Source of the DNA: Candidatus Woesearchaeota archaeon
Lineage (GTDB): Archaea > Nanobdellota > Nanobdellia > SCGC-AAA011-G17 > PNOQ01
DNA: 64,000 bases
Assembly: GCA_964344555.1 (NCBI GenBank)
Contig: CAYFNK010000001.1
Location: 88,684-152,683, forward strand
Reading direction: 5' to 3'
Shown here: piece by piece, positions 38,026 to 47,149 of the stretch
How positions within the stretch are numbered: position 1 is the first letter of the stretch
Layout: every line of letters starts with the position of its first letter
Notes under the pieces: generated by a model
Database searches by the model: none
Told to the model about the DNA's origin: nothing
What the model saw: the letters and a program-made list of their open reading frames with translations, nothing else
Made by a program: the position numbers and the translations under genes

Positions 38026-38767
38026 GTTTACCTTCAGTTAGCCCAACGATGCTAATTAAATCCTCCCTAACTTTCATAGAATTCAATTTTTTGAATGCAC
38101 TAATGCACGCCTTTACAAGATTAAGTTGTGTTTTTGTTTGTCCTTTTGTTTTAGAATAAATATCCTTTATTCCTGCAAATTTCAATATTTTCTGAATTTC
38201 CTTATGTGCAACCAATCCTGTACCAGAAGGAGCAGGTATCAGTTTTATCCTTACAGAACCACATCCTCCTTCAGTTTCAAACGGAATTGAATTATTTCCA
38301 GGGACACCTTCCCATGAACCACAGCCTCTTCTAATTTTCATAATGCCAAGCTTAGCATTTCTTATTGCTTTTTCTCTTGCAGGAACTGTTTCTTTTGCCT
38401 TACCTCTTCCCACTCCAACATATCCTGATTTGTTTCCAACAATAGCTACAGTTGAGAACTTAGGTTTATTTCCTTCACTAGTTTTCTTTTGGGTTTGTTT
38501 CCATATGCTTCTTTTACCTCCCCCAAATTTACCTTTAGATTGACCAATAGTTATTAGTTCATGTTCCAGATTAGGTAATAATACATCTACAATTTCAGGT
38601 TCGAGTATTTTTCTTCCGCTGTCTAGTACTTCATCAATATCTTTGATTTCTCCAGATTTTACCTTTTTACCTAACTCTGTCTTTGGAATCCAGTCAGAGA
38701 TTACTTGTTCTCGCCTAGATAATTCTCTTTCTTTTCTTTCCAAATCCCTTATTTTCAATTTTGCCAT
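38003..38767 (-). CDS. rps5: 30S ribosomal protein S5 (uS5)
   Basis: 'VAIVGNKSGYVGVGRGKAKETVPAREKAIRNAK' and 'GTGLVAHKEIQKILKFAGIKD' match uS5. Confidence 0.95.
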   Translation of the reverse strand: MAKLKIRDLERKERELSRREQVISDWIPKTELGKKVKSGEIKDIDEVLDSGRKILEPEIVDVLLPNLEHELITIGQSKGKFGGGKRSIWKQTQKKTSEGNKPKFSTVAIVGNKSGYVGVGRGKAKETVPAREKAIRNAKLGIMKIRRGCGSWEGVPGNNSIPFETEGGCGSVRIKLIPAPSGTGLVAHKEIQKILKFAGIKDIYSKTKGQTKTQLNLVKACISAFKKLNSMKVREDLISIVGLTEGKHDKDSNN

Positions 38768-39349
38768 TTATGCACCAATCGTCTTCTTTTTAATCTCGTC
38801 AAAGTGTCCAGGTAAATCTTCTGGATTTAGTCCTTCTTTTAAATATTTTGAAAATTGTTTTTTATACTTAATTTCATCAGAAGCTCTAAGTTTTTTCGAA
38901 AATTCTGAAGTTACATTTCCCCTAAGTTTATCTTCTGAAGGAAAGACCTCTTCGGAATGAGGAACGTTTAATCCAGAATCAACAATTCCTTTAATTACTG
39001 CAGACAGTCTAGTATTTTTTCTAACTGGTTTAAGGCCAGTATCAATTACTCCTTCTTTTATTTTGTCTTTAATCTTTGAACCAAACAGTAGCCCTGTTAA
39101 ATATGCTGATTGTAAATTCCCAGTTGAGACTTTCCATCCAAGTTTTCTTAAATCTGTTGAGTTTACTGTACTTAAAGTAAGATCTCCATTCTCGCTAAAT
39201 TTGATTACTTGAATTTTAACATTATTATTTGATGTCCTTATAACTATTCTCGGCTTATTAGAAGAAATATACTTCAACCTCTTACTGTAATTAGTTTTTC
39301 TTTCTCTTTTCCTTCTGAATTTAACAGTATAAGTTTTATTTCTTGACAT
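38768..39349 (-). CDS. rpl18: 50S ribosomal protein L18 (uL18)
   Basis: 'FRRKRERKTNYSKRLK' and 'PRIVIRTSNNNVKIQV' match uL18. The track start at 39355 is TTG; ATG is at 39347-39349. Confidence 0.9.
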   Translation of the reverse strand: MSRNKTYTVKFRRKRERKTNYSKRLKYISSNKPRIVIRTSNNNVKIQVIKFSENGDLTLSTVNSTDLRKLGWKVSTGNLQSAYLTGLLFGSKIKDKIKEGVIDTGLKPVRKNTRLSAVIKGIVDSGLNVPHSEEVFPSEDKLRGNVTSEFSKKLRASDEIKYKKQFSKYLKEGLNPEDLPGHFDEIKKKTIGA

Positions 39350-39794
39350 TTTCAAACAATTTATTCTCCGTTAGATATGTTTTTACGTGGCTCTTACTTC
39401 TGAAGAATCCTCCCTTAATCTTTAAATATACCAATCTATAATTTGATAATGAAATTTTCTTTTTCTTTCTTAAATCTTTGACAAATTCTCTTTGTACTCT
39501 TACTTTGTTTATCCATGCTCTTTTCTTAGTTAATCTAGATGTTTTCTTTCCTTCCATTGAGCCAGCTCCTTTCTTTCTGCCCTTTCTCTTTTGTTTAAGC
39601 AATTGCCTAGTTTTAGATTTTGAAATTGAATTTTTTTGTTTTGATTTTACAGATTTTGAAATCTTCAATGCTCTGATGTCAGATCTAGTTATAGCTTCTT
39701 TTATTTCAGATAACTTCTCAGTATTAAACTTGATTCTTTTTATTCCAACTTTGAAAACCTTGGATGCAAGCTTTTTTTGTTTATTCAATTTCAT
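39336..39794 (-). CDS. rpl19e: 50S ribosomal protein L19e
   Basis: 'MKLNKQKKLASKVFKVGIKRIKF' and the basic region 'KRKGRKKGAGSMEGKK' match L19e. Confidence 0.9.
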   Translation of the reverse strand: MKLNKQKKLASKVFKVGIKRIKFNTEKLSEIKEAITRSDIRALKISKSVKSKQKNSISKSKTRQLLKQKRKGRKKGAGSMEGKKTSRLTKKRAWINKVRVQREFVKDLRKKKKISLSNYRLVYLKIKGGFFRSKSHVKTYLTENKLFENVKK

Positions 39795-40441
39795 TGTTTA
39801 GTTCCTGGCACGTTACTTGCTTGGTGCCCTCCTTTTGATTGAGTGGTATCTTTCTTGACTGCAGAAACGTCAATGTTTTTTTCTTCCTTTTGTTTAGATT
39901 CTAATATCTCTTTTTTCATATCTTTTGTTCCCTTTTTCTTATCTTTTTTATCTTCTTCTTTCTTCTTCTTGGCAGCTTCTACTTCTTTCTTCTTCTTATC
40001 CTTTCTTTTTTCTGAACTTTTCTTTTTTTCACTTAGTTTACCTTTTGATTCATCAATAAAGGATTTTATATCTTTAAGATTTGAAACTTGTATATCATTT
40101 TTTAAACATTCTTCTAAAATAATTATTCTCTTTTTCAAACCAACTCCAGAAGCAAGGATTAAAGAGTTAGATTCTTTATCTAGTTTTTTCAAATCCTTTA
40201 CATTTCTTACAATATAAGGAACCAATCCGTGTTTGTCCAGAGATCTTACTTGTCTAGGAGACCTAAAACCAACAGAAGGATTCTTTTGATGACCTTTCTT
40301 TCTTAGTCTTCTCTTATTATGCAACCCTCTAGGTTTTTTCCATTTGAGCCTGGTCTTACATTTTTCTTTATTAGAGTCGCCTCTAATAAAATTAGGTTTT
40401 CTTGATTTCAATATCTTCCTAATTTCAAGTAATTTTTTCAT
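39791..40441 (-). CDS. rpl32e: 50S ribosomal protein L32e with long K/E-rich C-terminal extension
   Basis: The core is 'KPNFIRGDSNKEKCKTRLKWKKPRGLHNKRRLRKKGH...GFRSPRQVR'. About 85 extra residues follow ('KKKSSEKRKDKKKKEVEAAKKKKEEDKKDKKK...'). Confidence 0.9.
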   Translation of the reverse strand: MKKLLEIRKILKSRKPNFIRGDSNKEKCKTRLKWKKPRGLHNKRRLRKKGHQKNPSVGFRSPRQVRSLDKHGLVPYIVRNVKDLKKLDKESNSLILASGVGLKKRIIILEECLKNDIQVSNLKDIKSFIDESKGKLSEKKKSSEKRKDKKKKEVEAAKKKKEEDKKDKKKGTKDMKKEILESKQKEEKNIDVSAVKKDTTQSKGGHQASNVPGTKQ

Positions 40442-40983
40442 ATCTCTACTCCAGACTTTTCAATAATAAAAATTCCATCCTGGAATCTTCTTCTATCTCT
40501 ATTTTTAATCCTCGTTGCACTTTCTAAATTTGCAGCAGTTTGTCCAACAGACTCCTTATTTGGACTTGACAGCTCTATAATATCTTTCTCTATTTTCACT
40601 TCTACACTTTCTAAAATCTTTGATATTCTGGGTTCTCTTTCACCTAGAAAATTCTTTATTATTATTCTATTGCCTTCTTGGTTTACAGTCATGGGAAAGT
40701 GTCCAGAACATATCTTTAATTTATAGACAAATACTTCGTTAACACCCTTTATCATATTTTTGACATGAGCTTCAAGAGTTTTCATCATCATTTTCTCTCT
40801 CTTTGAGGAATTTTTTATTTCAAAAGAGAGTGTTGAATTTTCTTTACTTATTTTCAATCCAGGATAAAATGATCTTCTTTTTATTTCACCCTTTGGACCC
40901 TTGACTAGGATAAAAGTTTCATCAATAGTTATATCTATGCCTGTAGGAATTTCTATCTTATCCAGTATATTTAATTTAGTCAT
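40438..40983 (-). CDS. rpl6: 50S ribosomal protein L6 (uL6)
   Basis: 'IPTGIDITIDETFILVKGPKGEIKR' matches uL6 and the operon position fits. Confidence 0.9.
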   Translation of the reverse strand: MTKLNILDKIEIPTGIDITIDETFILVKGPKGEIKRRSFYPGLKISKENSTLSFEIKNSSKREKMMMKTLEAHVKNMIKGVNEVFVYKLKICSGHFPMTVNQEGNRIIIKNFLGEREPRISKILESVEVKIEKDIIELSSPNKESVGQTAANLESATRIKNRDRRRFQDGIFIIEKSGVEI

Positions 40984-40984
40984 C

Positions 40985-41377
40985 TTAGTAACAATAAGCT
41001 ATCAACCTTCCTCCAAGATTTTCAGCAATAGCTTCAGTATGAATTTTCAATCCTTTTGGAGTGGATACAATAATGATTCCAAAATCTCTAGCTGGAAGAT
41101 ATCTTTTCTCAAATTTTTCGAAATTATCTTTTTTAACAGAAAATCTCGGTTTTATAACTCCACATTTGTTGATACTTCCATTAAGATCAAGAGCTATATA
41201 GTCTCCCTTGGTAGTCTCAACTATTTTAAAATCTGAGATATAAGTTTTAGTTTTTAGTATTTTCAAAACCTCTCTAATCAATTTAGAGGAATTCTTCACA
41301 GTACATGAAGTCTTACTTTTTTTCTCACAATTAAGAATGTGAGACATTGCATTTGCTAACGGATCGTTTAATGACAT
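40985..41377 (-). CDS. rps8: 30S ribosomal protein S8 (uS8)
   Basis: 'MSLNDPLANAMSHILNCEK' opens the protein and 'IIIVSTPKGL' lies near the C-terminus. Confidence 0.95.
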   Translation of the reverse strand: MSLNDPLANAMSHILNCEKKSKTSCTVKNSSKLIREVLKILKTKTYISDFKIVETTKGDYIALDLNGSINKCGVIKPRFSVKKDNFEKFEKRYLPARDFGIIIVSTPKGLKIHTEAIAENLGGRLIAYCY

Positions 41378-41386
41378 TTTTTAACC

Positions 41387-41617
41387 TCAACTATATTTTT
41401 TGAATCCCAGACTTTTAGCCATATCTCTAAAGCATTGTCTACATAACTTAAGTCCATACTTTTGTATATGTGCTCCATTTCTTCCACATTTTCCACATTT
41501 CCTTAATGAAATTCCACAACTTCTTTTTTGTGGTTTGTTATGTTTAATGAACTTAGCTAATTTGGCAGGCTTTGCCTTAAGCTGTTTGAATGCTTTTCTG
41601 TGATCGCCAGTAGTCAT
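41387..41617 (-). CDS. rps14: 30S ribosomal protein S14 (uS14, zinc type)
   Basis: The sequence is 'CGKCGRNGAHIQKYGLKLCRQCFRDMAKSLGFKKY'. ATG 41615-41617 lies 1 nt after the rpl5 stop. The track start at 41632 is GTG inside rpl5. Confidence 0.9.
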   Translation of the reverse strand: MTTGDHRKAFKQLKAKPAKLAKFIKHNKPQKRSCGISLRKCGKCGRNGAHIQKYGLKLCRQCFRDMAKSLGFKKYS

Positions 41618-41618
41618 T

Positions 41619-42134
41619 TTATATCTCTTCACCTACCTTTACTCCAAATTTACTTTGAACGTAATCAATTGATTCATCTTTAGTGATTATATGATTCCTT
41701 CCGAGTTTTGACCTTTGATATTTTCTTTTTTTCACTCTATATCCTGGCCTTTCTAGAGTTACCGCAACTTCCATGCCAACAATTCCAATTTCTGGATCAT
41801 ATTCCATTTCGGGTATGTCTATGTATTCCTTTATCCCGAAAGAAAAATTACCTTGTTTGTCAAAATAGTTAGGTTTTAGCTTGTTTTCTACAGCTTTGAA
41901 CAATCTTTTAATCATTTTTTCTGCATTATTTCCCCTTAAGGTAACTTTTGTTCCAATTTCTAATCCTGGTCTTACTCCCCAAGTTGGAATTCTTTTGTAG
42001 GATTTTGTTAATACTGGTTTTTTTCCAGATGCTGTAGAAAGTAGCTTAGATGCCCTTTTCAACTTATCTCCCGATTCACCAATGCCCATATTTAATGTGA
42101 GCTTCTCTATCCTAATCTCCTTCATTTTATTCAT
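41619..42134 (-). CDS. rpl5: 50S ribosomal protein L5 (uL5)
   Basis: 'IRIEKLTLNMGIGESGD' and 'RGNNAEKMIKRLF' match uL5. Confidence 0.95.
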   Translation of the reverse strand: MNKMKEIRIEKLTLNMGIGESGDKLKRASKLLSTASGKKPVLTKSYKRIPTWGVRPGLEIGTKVTLRGNNAEKMIKRLFKAVENKLKPNYFDKQGNFSFGIKEYIDIPEMEYDPEIGIVGMEVAVTLERPGYRVKKRKYQRSKLGRNHIITKDESIDYVQSKFGVKVGEEI

Positions 42135-42828
42135 TTGGCAAAGATATTACGGGTTTGGTTTTTCCTATGACGAAAGCATAATCTTTCAGAGTTTCAAACT
42201 CATCCTTACCGTCACTAAATATAATTTTCTTAGTTTGCAGATCTTTGGTTTCTTCTATTTTTTTAAGAACCCCGCTTTTTCCAATCTGTCTTCCTCCAGT
42301 AATGTAGACAAAAGATCCTTCCTTAAATCCTATTTTTTCTTTTAATTTTCCTTCACTAAATATCAAAGTGTCAGAAGTTTGAACATCATTTTTTGAAGAT
42401 AATATATTTGATCCATCAAAAAGGTTAATTTGTAGTTTTTTTCCTTTAACACTAGTTTTATTTATTACTTTTCTAGGTTTGATATTTGATTCTTCTTTTT
42501 TAATTGAAACAGGAGCAATCTTTCCTTTTTTATTGAAAAGAATTCTATAAAATTTATCATCTACTTGTAAAGTATCCATTAACCCTACTGGGAATTTTTT
42601 ATCTTTTCTTACTACTCCATCTACCTTTACTAATTCTTTGGCCAGTATGTATTTTACTTCCTTAGAAGTTTTACAAATTCCTAGAATTTCTTTTAATAAT
42701 ACATTCAAGGAAATACAATTATCTAATTTATGGGTTCCAGAATTAGGTTTGGACACCCAAGTACTTATTTTTTTATGTATTGGCCAAGTTTTCGGCGCTG
42801 CCAATCTTTTTATATGATTTTTTCCCAT
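42127..42828 (-). CDS. rps4e: 30S ribosomal protein S4e
   Basis: The N-terminus is 'MGKNHIKRLAAPKTWPIHKK'. An S4 domain and a KOW region follow. Confidence 0.95.
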   Translation of the reverse strand: MGKNHIKRLAAPKTWPIHKKISTWVSKPNSGTHKLDNCISLNVLLKEILGICKTSKEVKYILAKELVKVDGVVRKDKKFPVGLMDTLQVDDKFYRILFNKKGKIAPVSIKKEESNIKPRKVINKTSVKGKKLQINLFDGSNILSSKNDVQTSDTLIFSEGKLKEKIGFKEGSFVYITGGRQIGKSGVLKKIEETKDLQTKKIIFSDGKDEFETLKDYAFVIGKTKPVISLPNE

Positions 42829-42830
42829 TT

Positions 42831-43211
42831 TTATTTCCTTTCCAAAGATTTTTTTCTTTTTTTGTCATCTAATTTTAAGTCCATAATCATTAAATTTGAA
42901 GGACTCAACGGATATGGTATTTTTGTACCATCTCTCTTCAGAGATTCAACTTTATCAACGATGATTTTAATATTTTTGAAATCAACTTTTAATACTTCTC
43001 CAGTTTTGTTTCTAAATTGACCTCTCATTACCTTAACTTTATCTCCCTTTCTTATTGAAACGTTTCTCTTACCATGTTTTTCTCTCAATTCTTTTGAAAG
43101 TAAAGCCGAAACTAATTTTTTTCTTATATGACTAGGCGCATTGTAAACATATTTACGTTGTTTTCTTGGCTGCTTACTTGCCTTCCATTTTGTTGAAAAT
43201 ATTGATTTCAT
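42831..43211 (-). CDS. rpl24: 50S ribosomal protein L24 (uL24)
   Basis: The KOW motif is 'IRKGDKVKVMRGQFRNKTGEVLKV'. Confidence 0.9.
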   Translation of the reverse strand: MKSIFSTKWKASKQPRKQRKYVYNAPSHIRKKLVSALLSKELREKHGKRNVSIRKGDKVKVMRGQFRNKTGEVLKVDFKNIKIIVDKVESLKRDGTKIPYPLSPSNLMIMDLKLDDKKRKKSLERK

Positions 43212-43215
43212 TTTT

Positions 43216-43617
43216 CTAAATTACAATTTTAGCTATTTTGCTAACTGCCGCCCATCTTTCAGTTGCTTCCTTTGCTATCGGACCTTTAAACACAGTTCCT
43301 TTAGGGTTGCCTTTTTCATCCTTACACACAACTACTGCATTATCATTAAATTTAATTCTTGTACCATTAGGTCTTTTGTACTCTTTAGTTTGTCTTACAA
43401 CTATCGCAGGGACAAGCTGTTTTCTGATGTCTTTTGCCCCTTTAATTATTGAAACATTTACCAAGTCTCCTACTCCTGCCGCAGGATATCTTCCTTTAAC
43501 TGTTTTGGATCCCTTTACAGATACTAAGTAAGCAATTTTTCCCCCGGAGTTATCACATACATCTAACTTAGAGCCTCTTACAATACATTTTGGTATTCTC
43601 GCATTTATTGCTTTCAT
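43216..43617 (-). CDS. rpl14: 50S ribosomal protein L14 (uL14)
   Basis: 'LDVCDNSGGK' and 'IKFNDNAVVV' match uL14. Confidence 0.95.
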   Translation of the reverse strand: MKAINARIPKCIVRGSKLDVCDNSGGKIAYLVSVKGSKTVKGRYPAAGVGDLVNVSIIKGAKDIRKQLVPAIVVRQTKEYKRPNGTRIKFNDNAVVVCKDEKGNPKGTVFKGPIAKEATERWAAVSKIAKIVI

Positions 43618-44021
43618 TTTATTTTATCTACTATTACAAATTTTTTTGTTTTACTTATTGGTTTACACTCTATTGCTTTCACCATATCTCCAACTTCTAA
43701 ACCTAAACAAGCAGGATTATGGACCATTGCTCCAGATTTTCTGTATTCAAATCTTTCATATTTTGGAATTGGATGAATTCTCGACCATATTATTTTTGCC
43801 GTCCCATGTGTGTCTTTTGATACTATTCTTCCTGAAAAAGTCCTACCTCTAAGTTTTATGGTGTTATGAAATGGACAGTTTTTGTCTTCACAGCTCTTAC
43901 TAGGTAAGTTCACTTCAATTCCTATTCCTTTTTTGTCTTTCATTTTTATTTGTGAATCCACAAGGGAAAAGTTTCTCGATCCTATTCTTTTCAATTGTGA
44001 GTCGATTAACTCACGTTCCAT
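43614..44021 (-). CDS. rps17: 30S ribosomal protein S17 (uS17), start uncertain
   Basis: The core is 'CEDKNCPFHNTIKLRGRTFSGRIVSKD...KYERFEYRKSGAMVHNP...GDMVKAIECKPISKTKKFVIV'. The maximal ORF opens with TTG at 44039, overlapping sui1. ATG options are 44021 and 43943; the S17 core begins near the latter. Confidence 0.85.
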   Translation of the reverse strand: MERELIDSQLKRIGSRNFSLVDSQIKMKDKKGIGIEVNLPSKSCEDKNCPFHNTIKLRGRTFSGRIVSKDTHGTAKIIWSRIHPIPKYERFEYRKSGAMVHNPACLGLEVGDMVKAIECKPISKTKKFVIVDKIK

Positions 44022-44031
44022 ACTATTGTTT

Positions 44032-44334
44032 TTAACCAATAGTTGCAGGATTGAACCCCATTTTTATGAGTTCTTGTTTGACCCTTTCTATATGATCTCC
44101 CTGAAGTTCAATCATTCCTTCCTTGTGAGTTCCTCCACAAGCGAATTTATTCTTGAGCTTTTTTGCTAGGTCTTTCACATTTATGCTGCTTGAGTCTATC
44201 CCTTCGATTATGGTAACTATTTTACCATATCTTTTCTTATCTTTTCTCAAAGTTACTCTTTGTTCTTCCTTTGAGATAGTCTCACAGACACAAAGGTCAT
44301 TTGGGAGCCCGCATTTTGAGCAAACGCTACTCAT
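44032..44334 (-). CDS. sui1: Translation initiation factor aIF1 (SUI1)
   Basis: The N-terminal Zn knuckle is 'CSKCGLPNDLCVCE'. The SUI1 fold is 'RKDKKRYGKIVTIIEGID...KKLKNKFACGGT'. Confidence 0.9.
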   Translation of the reverse strand: MSSVCSKCGLPNDLCVCETISKEEQRVTLRKDKKRYGKIVTIIEGIDSSSINVKDLAKKLKNKFACGGTHKEGMIELQGDHIERVKQELIKMGFNPATIG

Positions 44335-44546
44335 GCCTTTTCTTTCCCTCCTATGGTTGTTTTTTGCATTGTTTTTATTCTTGCAATAGTTCTTTTAATT
44401 TCCTTAATCTTTCCAGGATTTTCTGGGACAGTACCCATTGCAATTTGAGCATTAATTTTGATTAACTCCTTACTAAGCTCTCTAAGCTTATCTTTCAGAG
44501 TTTTCTCGTCCATTTGAACCATTTCATTTTTCCTTATTATCGCCAT
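44331..44546 (-). CDS. rpl29: 50S ribosomal protein L29 (uL29)
   Basis: 'LKDKLRELSKELIKINAQIAMG' matches uL29 and the operon position fits. Confidence 0.9.
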   Translation of the reverse strand: MAIIRKNEMVQMDEKTLKDKLRELSKELIKINAQIAMGTVPENPGKIKEIKRTIARIKTMQKTTIGGKEKA

Positions 44547-45270
44547 TTTCTACAGTAGGTTTTTCCTCTTTCTTATTCTTCAATTCTTTAGCAGTAGGAA
44601 CCTTCTTTTCCCCTTTAGGTTCTTTCTTAACTTCCTCTTTTTCAGTCACATCTTCAGCTTCTTTTTCTACAGGCATTTTGATAGAAATTTCATCAGGTAA
44701 TTCTACACTAGGATGCAAAATACTAACTTTTACACCTATTGATCCGGATTTTAAATGAGCAGTAACATAACCTCTAGATACTAAATTTTCTGAAATATTT
44801 CCAGATTTTTTGAGATGTCCTGCGGAAAATCTCCAAGTTCTTGATCTAGTACTTGGAATGCCTCTTCCTGAAATAACTATTTCTGCACCTCTAGCTCCAG
44901 CAGACATAACAGTATCTAACATTTTATACCCTGTAAACTTAAATCTCTTAGGGCCAAACCTTTCGAACGAATTCACTATTTCTCTGGCTACAGATCTAGG
45001 ATTTAGATAGGGCCTATCAATTTCACTAACTTCAATTTGTGGGTTTTCTAGACCAAACTTTATCTTAAGAGTACTTGTTAATTCTTTGATTGTTTTACCT
45101 TTGCTCCCCACTATCAATCCTGGTGCAGAGGTGTAAACTATTACTCTTTCCCCAAGAGGAGTTCTTTGAATATCAGTATGACTATATCCAGTTTTTCCAA
45201 CTACATTTGCCATGTATTCTTTTATTTCATGCTCTTTCAACTTTTTCTTTATTACTTCTCTCTCAATCAT
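44524..45270 (-). CDS. rps3: 30S ribosomal protein S3 (uS3) with K/E-rich C-terminal tail
   Basis: The KH domain is 'GLIVGSKGKTIKELT', with 'GAEIVISGR' following. The tail reads 'EKEEVKKEPKGEKKVPTAKELKNKKEEK'. Confidence 0.95.
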   Translation of the reverse strand: MIEREVIKKKLKEHEIKEYMANVVGKTGYSHTDIQRTPLGERVIVYTSAPGLIVGSKGKTIKELTSTLKIKFGLENPQIEVSEIDRPYLNPRSVAREIVNSFERFGPKRFKFTGYKMLDTVMSAGARGAEIVISGRGIPSTRSRTWRFSAGHLKKSGNISENLVSRGYVTAHLKSGSIGVKVSILHPSVELPDEISIKMPVEKEAEDVTEKEEVKKEPKGEKKVPTAKELKNKKEEKPTVENGDNKEK

Positions 45271-45764
45271 TTTTCTATGGCTTTCATCCTAAGATTTGTT
45301 CTTTTCATCATTCTTCTTCTCATCCTTCCATAGTGCCATTGGCTTGCCGCCTTATTGGCAACAACTTCCGAAACAATTAAAGCATCCACATTAAGCCCTT
45401 TGTTCTCTGCATTAGCCTCTAATGAATTCAGTAACTTAAGGAAATGATTCGTTGCCTTTTGAGGATATCTCCCTGAAGCAATTTTTCCAGGTCTGTGGGG
45501 AGTATCTCTGTTATATCTTGTATAAGGTACTGCAATTTTCTTTTGTAAAACTTGATTTAACATTGATTTTACTTTTTTCAAATTTCTTCCCCTTATAAAT
45601 TTAGCAACTTCTACAGATTGTTTAGTGGAAATAGGAAGATCTTTAACATTCACACTAGCATAATGAGACTTACTAGGAGAAACTGTTTTTTTCTTAACTT
45701 CGGTTTTATCTTTAGGTTTACTTTCAACAGTTTTCTTTTCTTCCTTTTTCTTCTCTTCAGTCAT
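45267..45764 (-). CDS. rpl22: 50S ribosomal protein L22 (uL22) with Lys-rich N-terminal extension
   Basis: 'LPISTKQSVEVAKFIRGRNLKKV' and 'GRYPQKA' match uL22. The extension reads 'MTEEKKKEEKKTVESKPKDK...'. Confidence 0.9.
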   Translation of the reverse strand: MTEEKKKEEKKTVESKPKDKTEVKKKTVSPSKSHYASVNVKDLPISTKQSVEVAKFIRGRNLKKVKSMLNQVLQKKIAVPYTRYNRDTPHRPGKIASGRYPQKATNHFLKLLNSLEANAENKGLNVDALIVSEVVANKAASQWHYGRMRRRMMKRTNLRMKAIEK

Positions 45765-45766
45765 TT

Positions 45767-46162
45767 TTATTTAATGGATTGATAAGCACTTGATCTTGTT
45801 GCACCGATTCCAGGTGCACTGTGTTTAACTCTAGATCTTGTATCTACGAATTCTCCTAAGTAATGTCCCAACATTTCAAGATTTATTTCTATGGCAGAAA
45901 ACGCCTTTCCATTATAAACAAGTATTTTTTGTCCAAGCATTTCCGGAATAATTAACATATCTCTACAATGAGTTTTTATTGTTTTTTTGTAATCTCCTTT
46001 ATTTTTTGCTCTTATTTTTTTCAAAAGTCTTTTTTGAGCATCAGTGAATCCCCTATTTACCGTTCTTCTATGCCTAGCCGAAATAAGTTTAATGAAATCT
46101 TGTAAGCTCATACCTTTTATTTCTTCCTCAGTTTTTCCTTTGAATAATATTTCTTTAGCCAT
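45767..46162 (-). CDS. rps19: 30S ribosomal protein S19 (uS19)
   Basis: 'HCRDMLIIPEMLGQKILVYNGKAF' and 'GEFVDTR' match uS19. Confidence 0.95.
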   Translation of the reverse strand: MAKEILFKGKTEEEIKGMSLQDFIKLISARHRRTVNRGFTDAQKRLLKKIRAKNKGDYKKTIKTHCRDMLIIPEMLGQKILVYNGKAFSAIEINLEMLGHYLGEFVDTRSRVKHSAPGIGATRSSAYQSIK

Positions 46163-46163
46163 T

Positions 46164-46886
46164 CTATTTCTTACCTGTTCTCTTAGACGAAACTGAACCT
46201 ACCTTTCTACCAGGAGGAGTATGTTTTGAAACTGTTTTTGCCTTACCTATATGTCTTCCTCTTCCTGATCCAAAAGGATGATCATATGCATTCATAGCAA
46301 CTCCAGATGTTTGAGGATAAAGTTTATTTTTAGCTTTCATTATAAAATGTCTTTTTCCAGCTTTCATAATTGGCTTTTCTTTCCTTCCAGCGCCTGCAAC
46401 TATTCCAACAACTGCCCTACATTTAGGATTAAATTGTTTATTCTTCTTTGAAGGCATTTTTAACGTTATTTTTTCTCCAGCCTTAGCAACAATAGTTGCG
46501 AATGCACCGGCAGATCTAACATACTTACCACCATCTCCAACTTTTTCTTCTATATTAAATACATTAGTTCCAATTTTTGCATTCTTCAAGGGGATTATAT
46601 TTCCTTCTTCTGATTTAGCCTTATCTCCAGAAGATATTTTTTTCCCAGTATGAACTCCTTGTGCAGCAAACATTGCAAAGATATCTCCATTGTATTTTTG
46701 AACAACTGCAAGAGGAGCGGTGTGTCCTGGACAATTTATTATGTCCATAATTTTCCCCTCAACAATGCTTGTTTTTTCAACATCATCATAAGGGATGTGG
46801 GAAATTGAACCAATGAACTTATGGCTAGGGCTTCTATATCTAGGAGTTCCCCTCCCCCGTCTTTGTTGAATAAGTCTTTTTCCCAT
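46164..46886 (-). CDS. rpl2: 50S ribosomal protein L2 (uL2)
   Basis: 'MGKRLIQQRRGRGTPRYRSPSH' opens the protein. 'GHTAPLAVV' and 'MNAYDHPFGSGRGRHIG' follow. Confidence 0.95.
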   Translation of the reverse strand: MGKRLIQQRRGRGTPRYRSPSHKFIGSISHIPYDDVEKTSIVEGKIMDIINCPGHTAPLAVVQKYNGDIFAMFAAQGVHTGKKISSGDKAKSEEGNIIPLKNAKIGTNVFNIEEKVGDGGKYVRSAGAFATIVAKAGEKITLKMPSKKNKQFNPKCRAVVGIVAGAGRKEKPIMKAGKRHFIMKAKNKLYPQTSGVAMNAYDHPFGSGRGRHIGKAKTVSKHTPPGRKVGSVSSKRTGKK

Positions 46887-46887
46887 T

Positions 46888-47148
46888 TTACATTAAACCT
46901 AATTGAGTTGCCACATCTATGGCAGGATTATCTCCTGAAAGTGTAACATATGCTTTCTTTTCTCCTTTCAAATTAAACAAAGTATTCACTTTATTAACCT
47001 TAATCTTAAACTCTTTCTCAAGAGACTCTTTTATTTCAGATTTTGTGGAGTTCTTATCTACTATGAATATCAATTTATTTTCTGATTCCATCAGTCTAAC
47101 GGCCTTTTCTGTTGCCAATGGAAATTTTAGTATCTTATATTCTTTCAT
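46888..47148 (-). CDS. rpl23: 50S ribosomal protein L23 (uL23)
   Basis: 'ILKFPLATEKAVRLME' matches uL23. ATG 47146-47148 lies 1 nt after the rpl4 stop. The track start at 47157 is TTG. Confidence 0.9.
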   Translation of the reverse strand: MKEYKILKFPLATEKAVRLMESENKLIFIVDKNSTKSEIKESLEKEFKIKVNKVNTLFNLKGEKKAYVTLSGDNPAIDVATQLGLM

Positions 47149-47149
47149 T

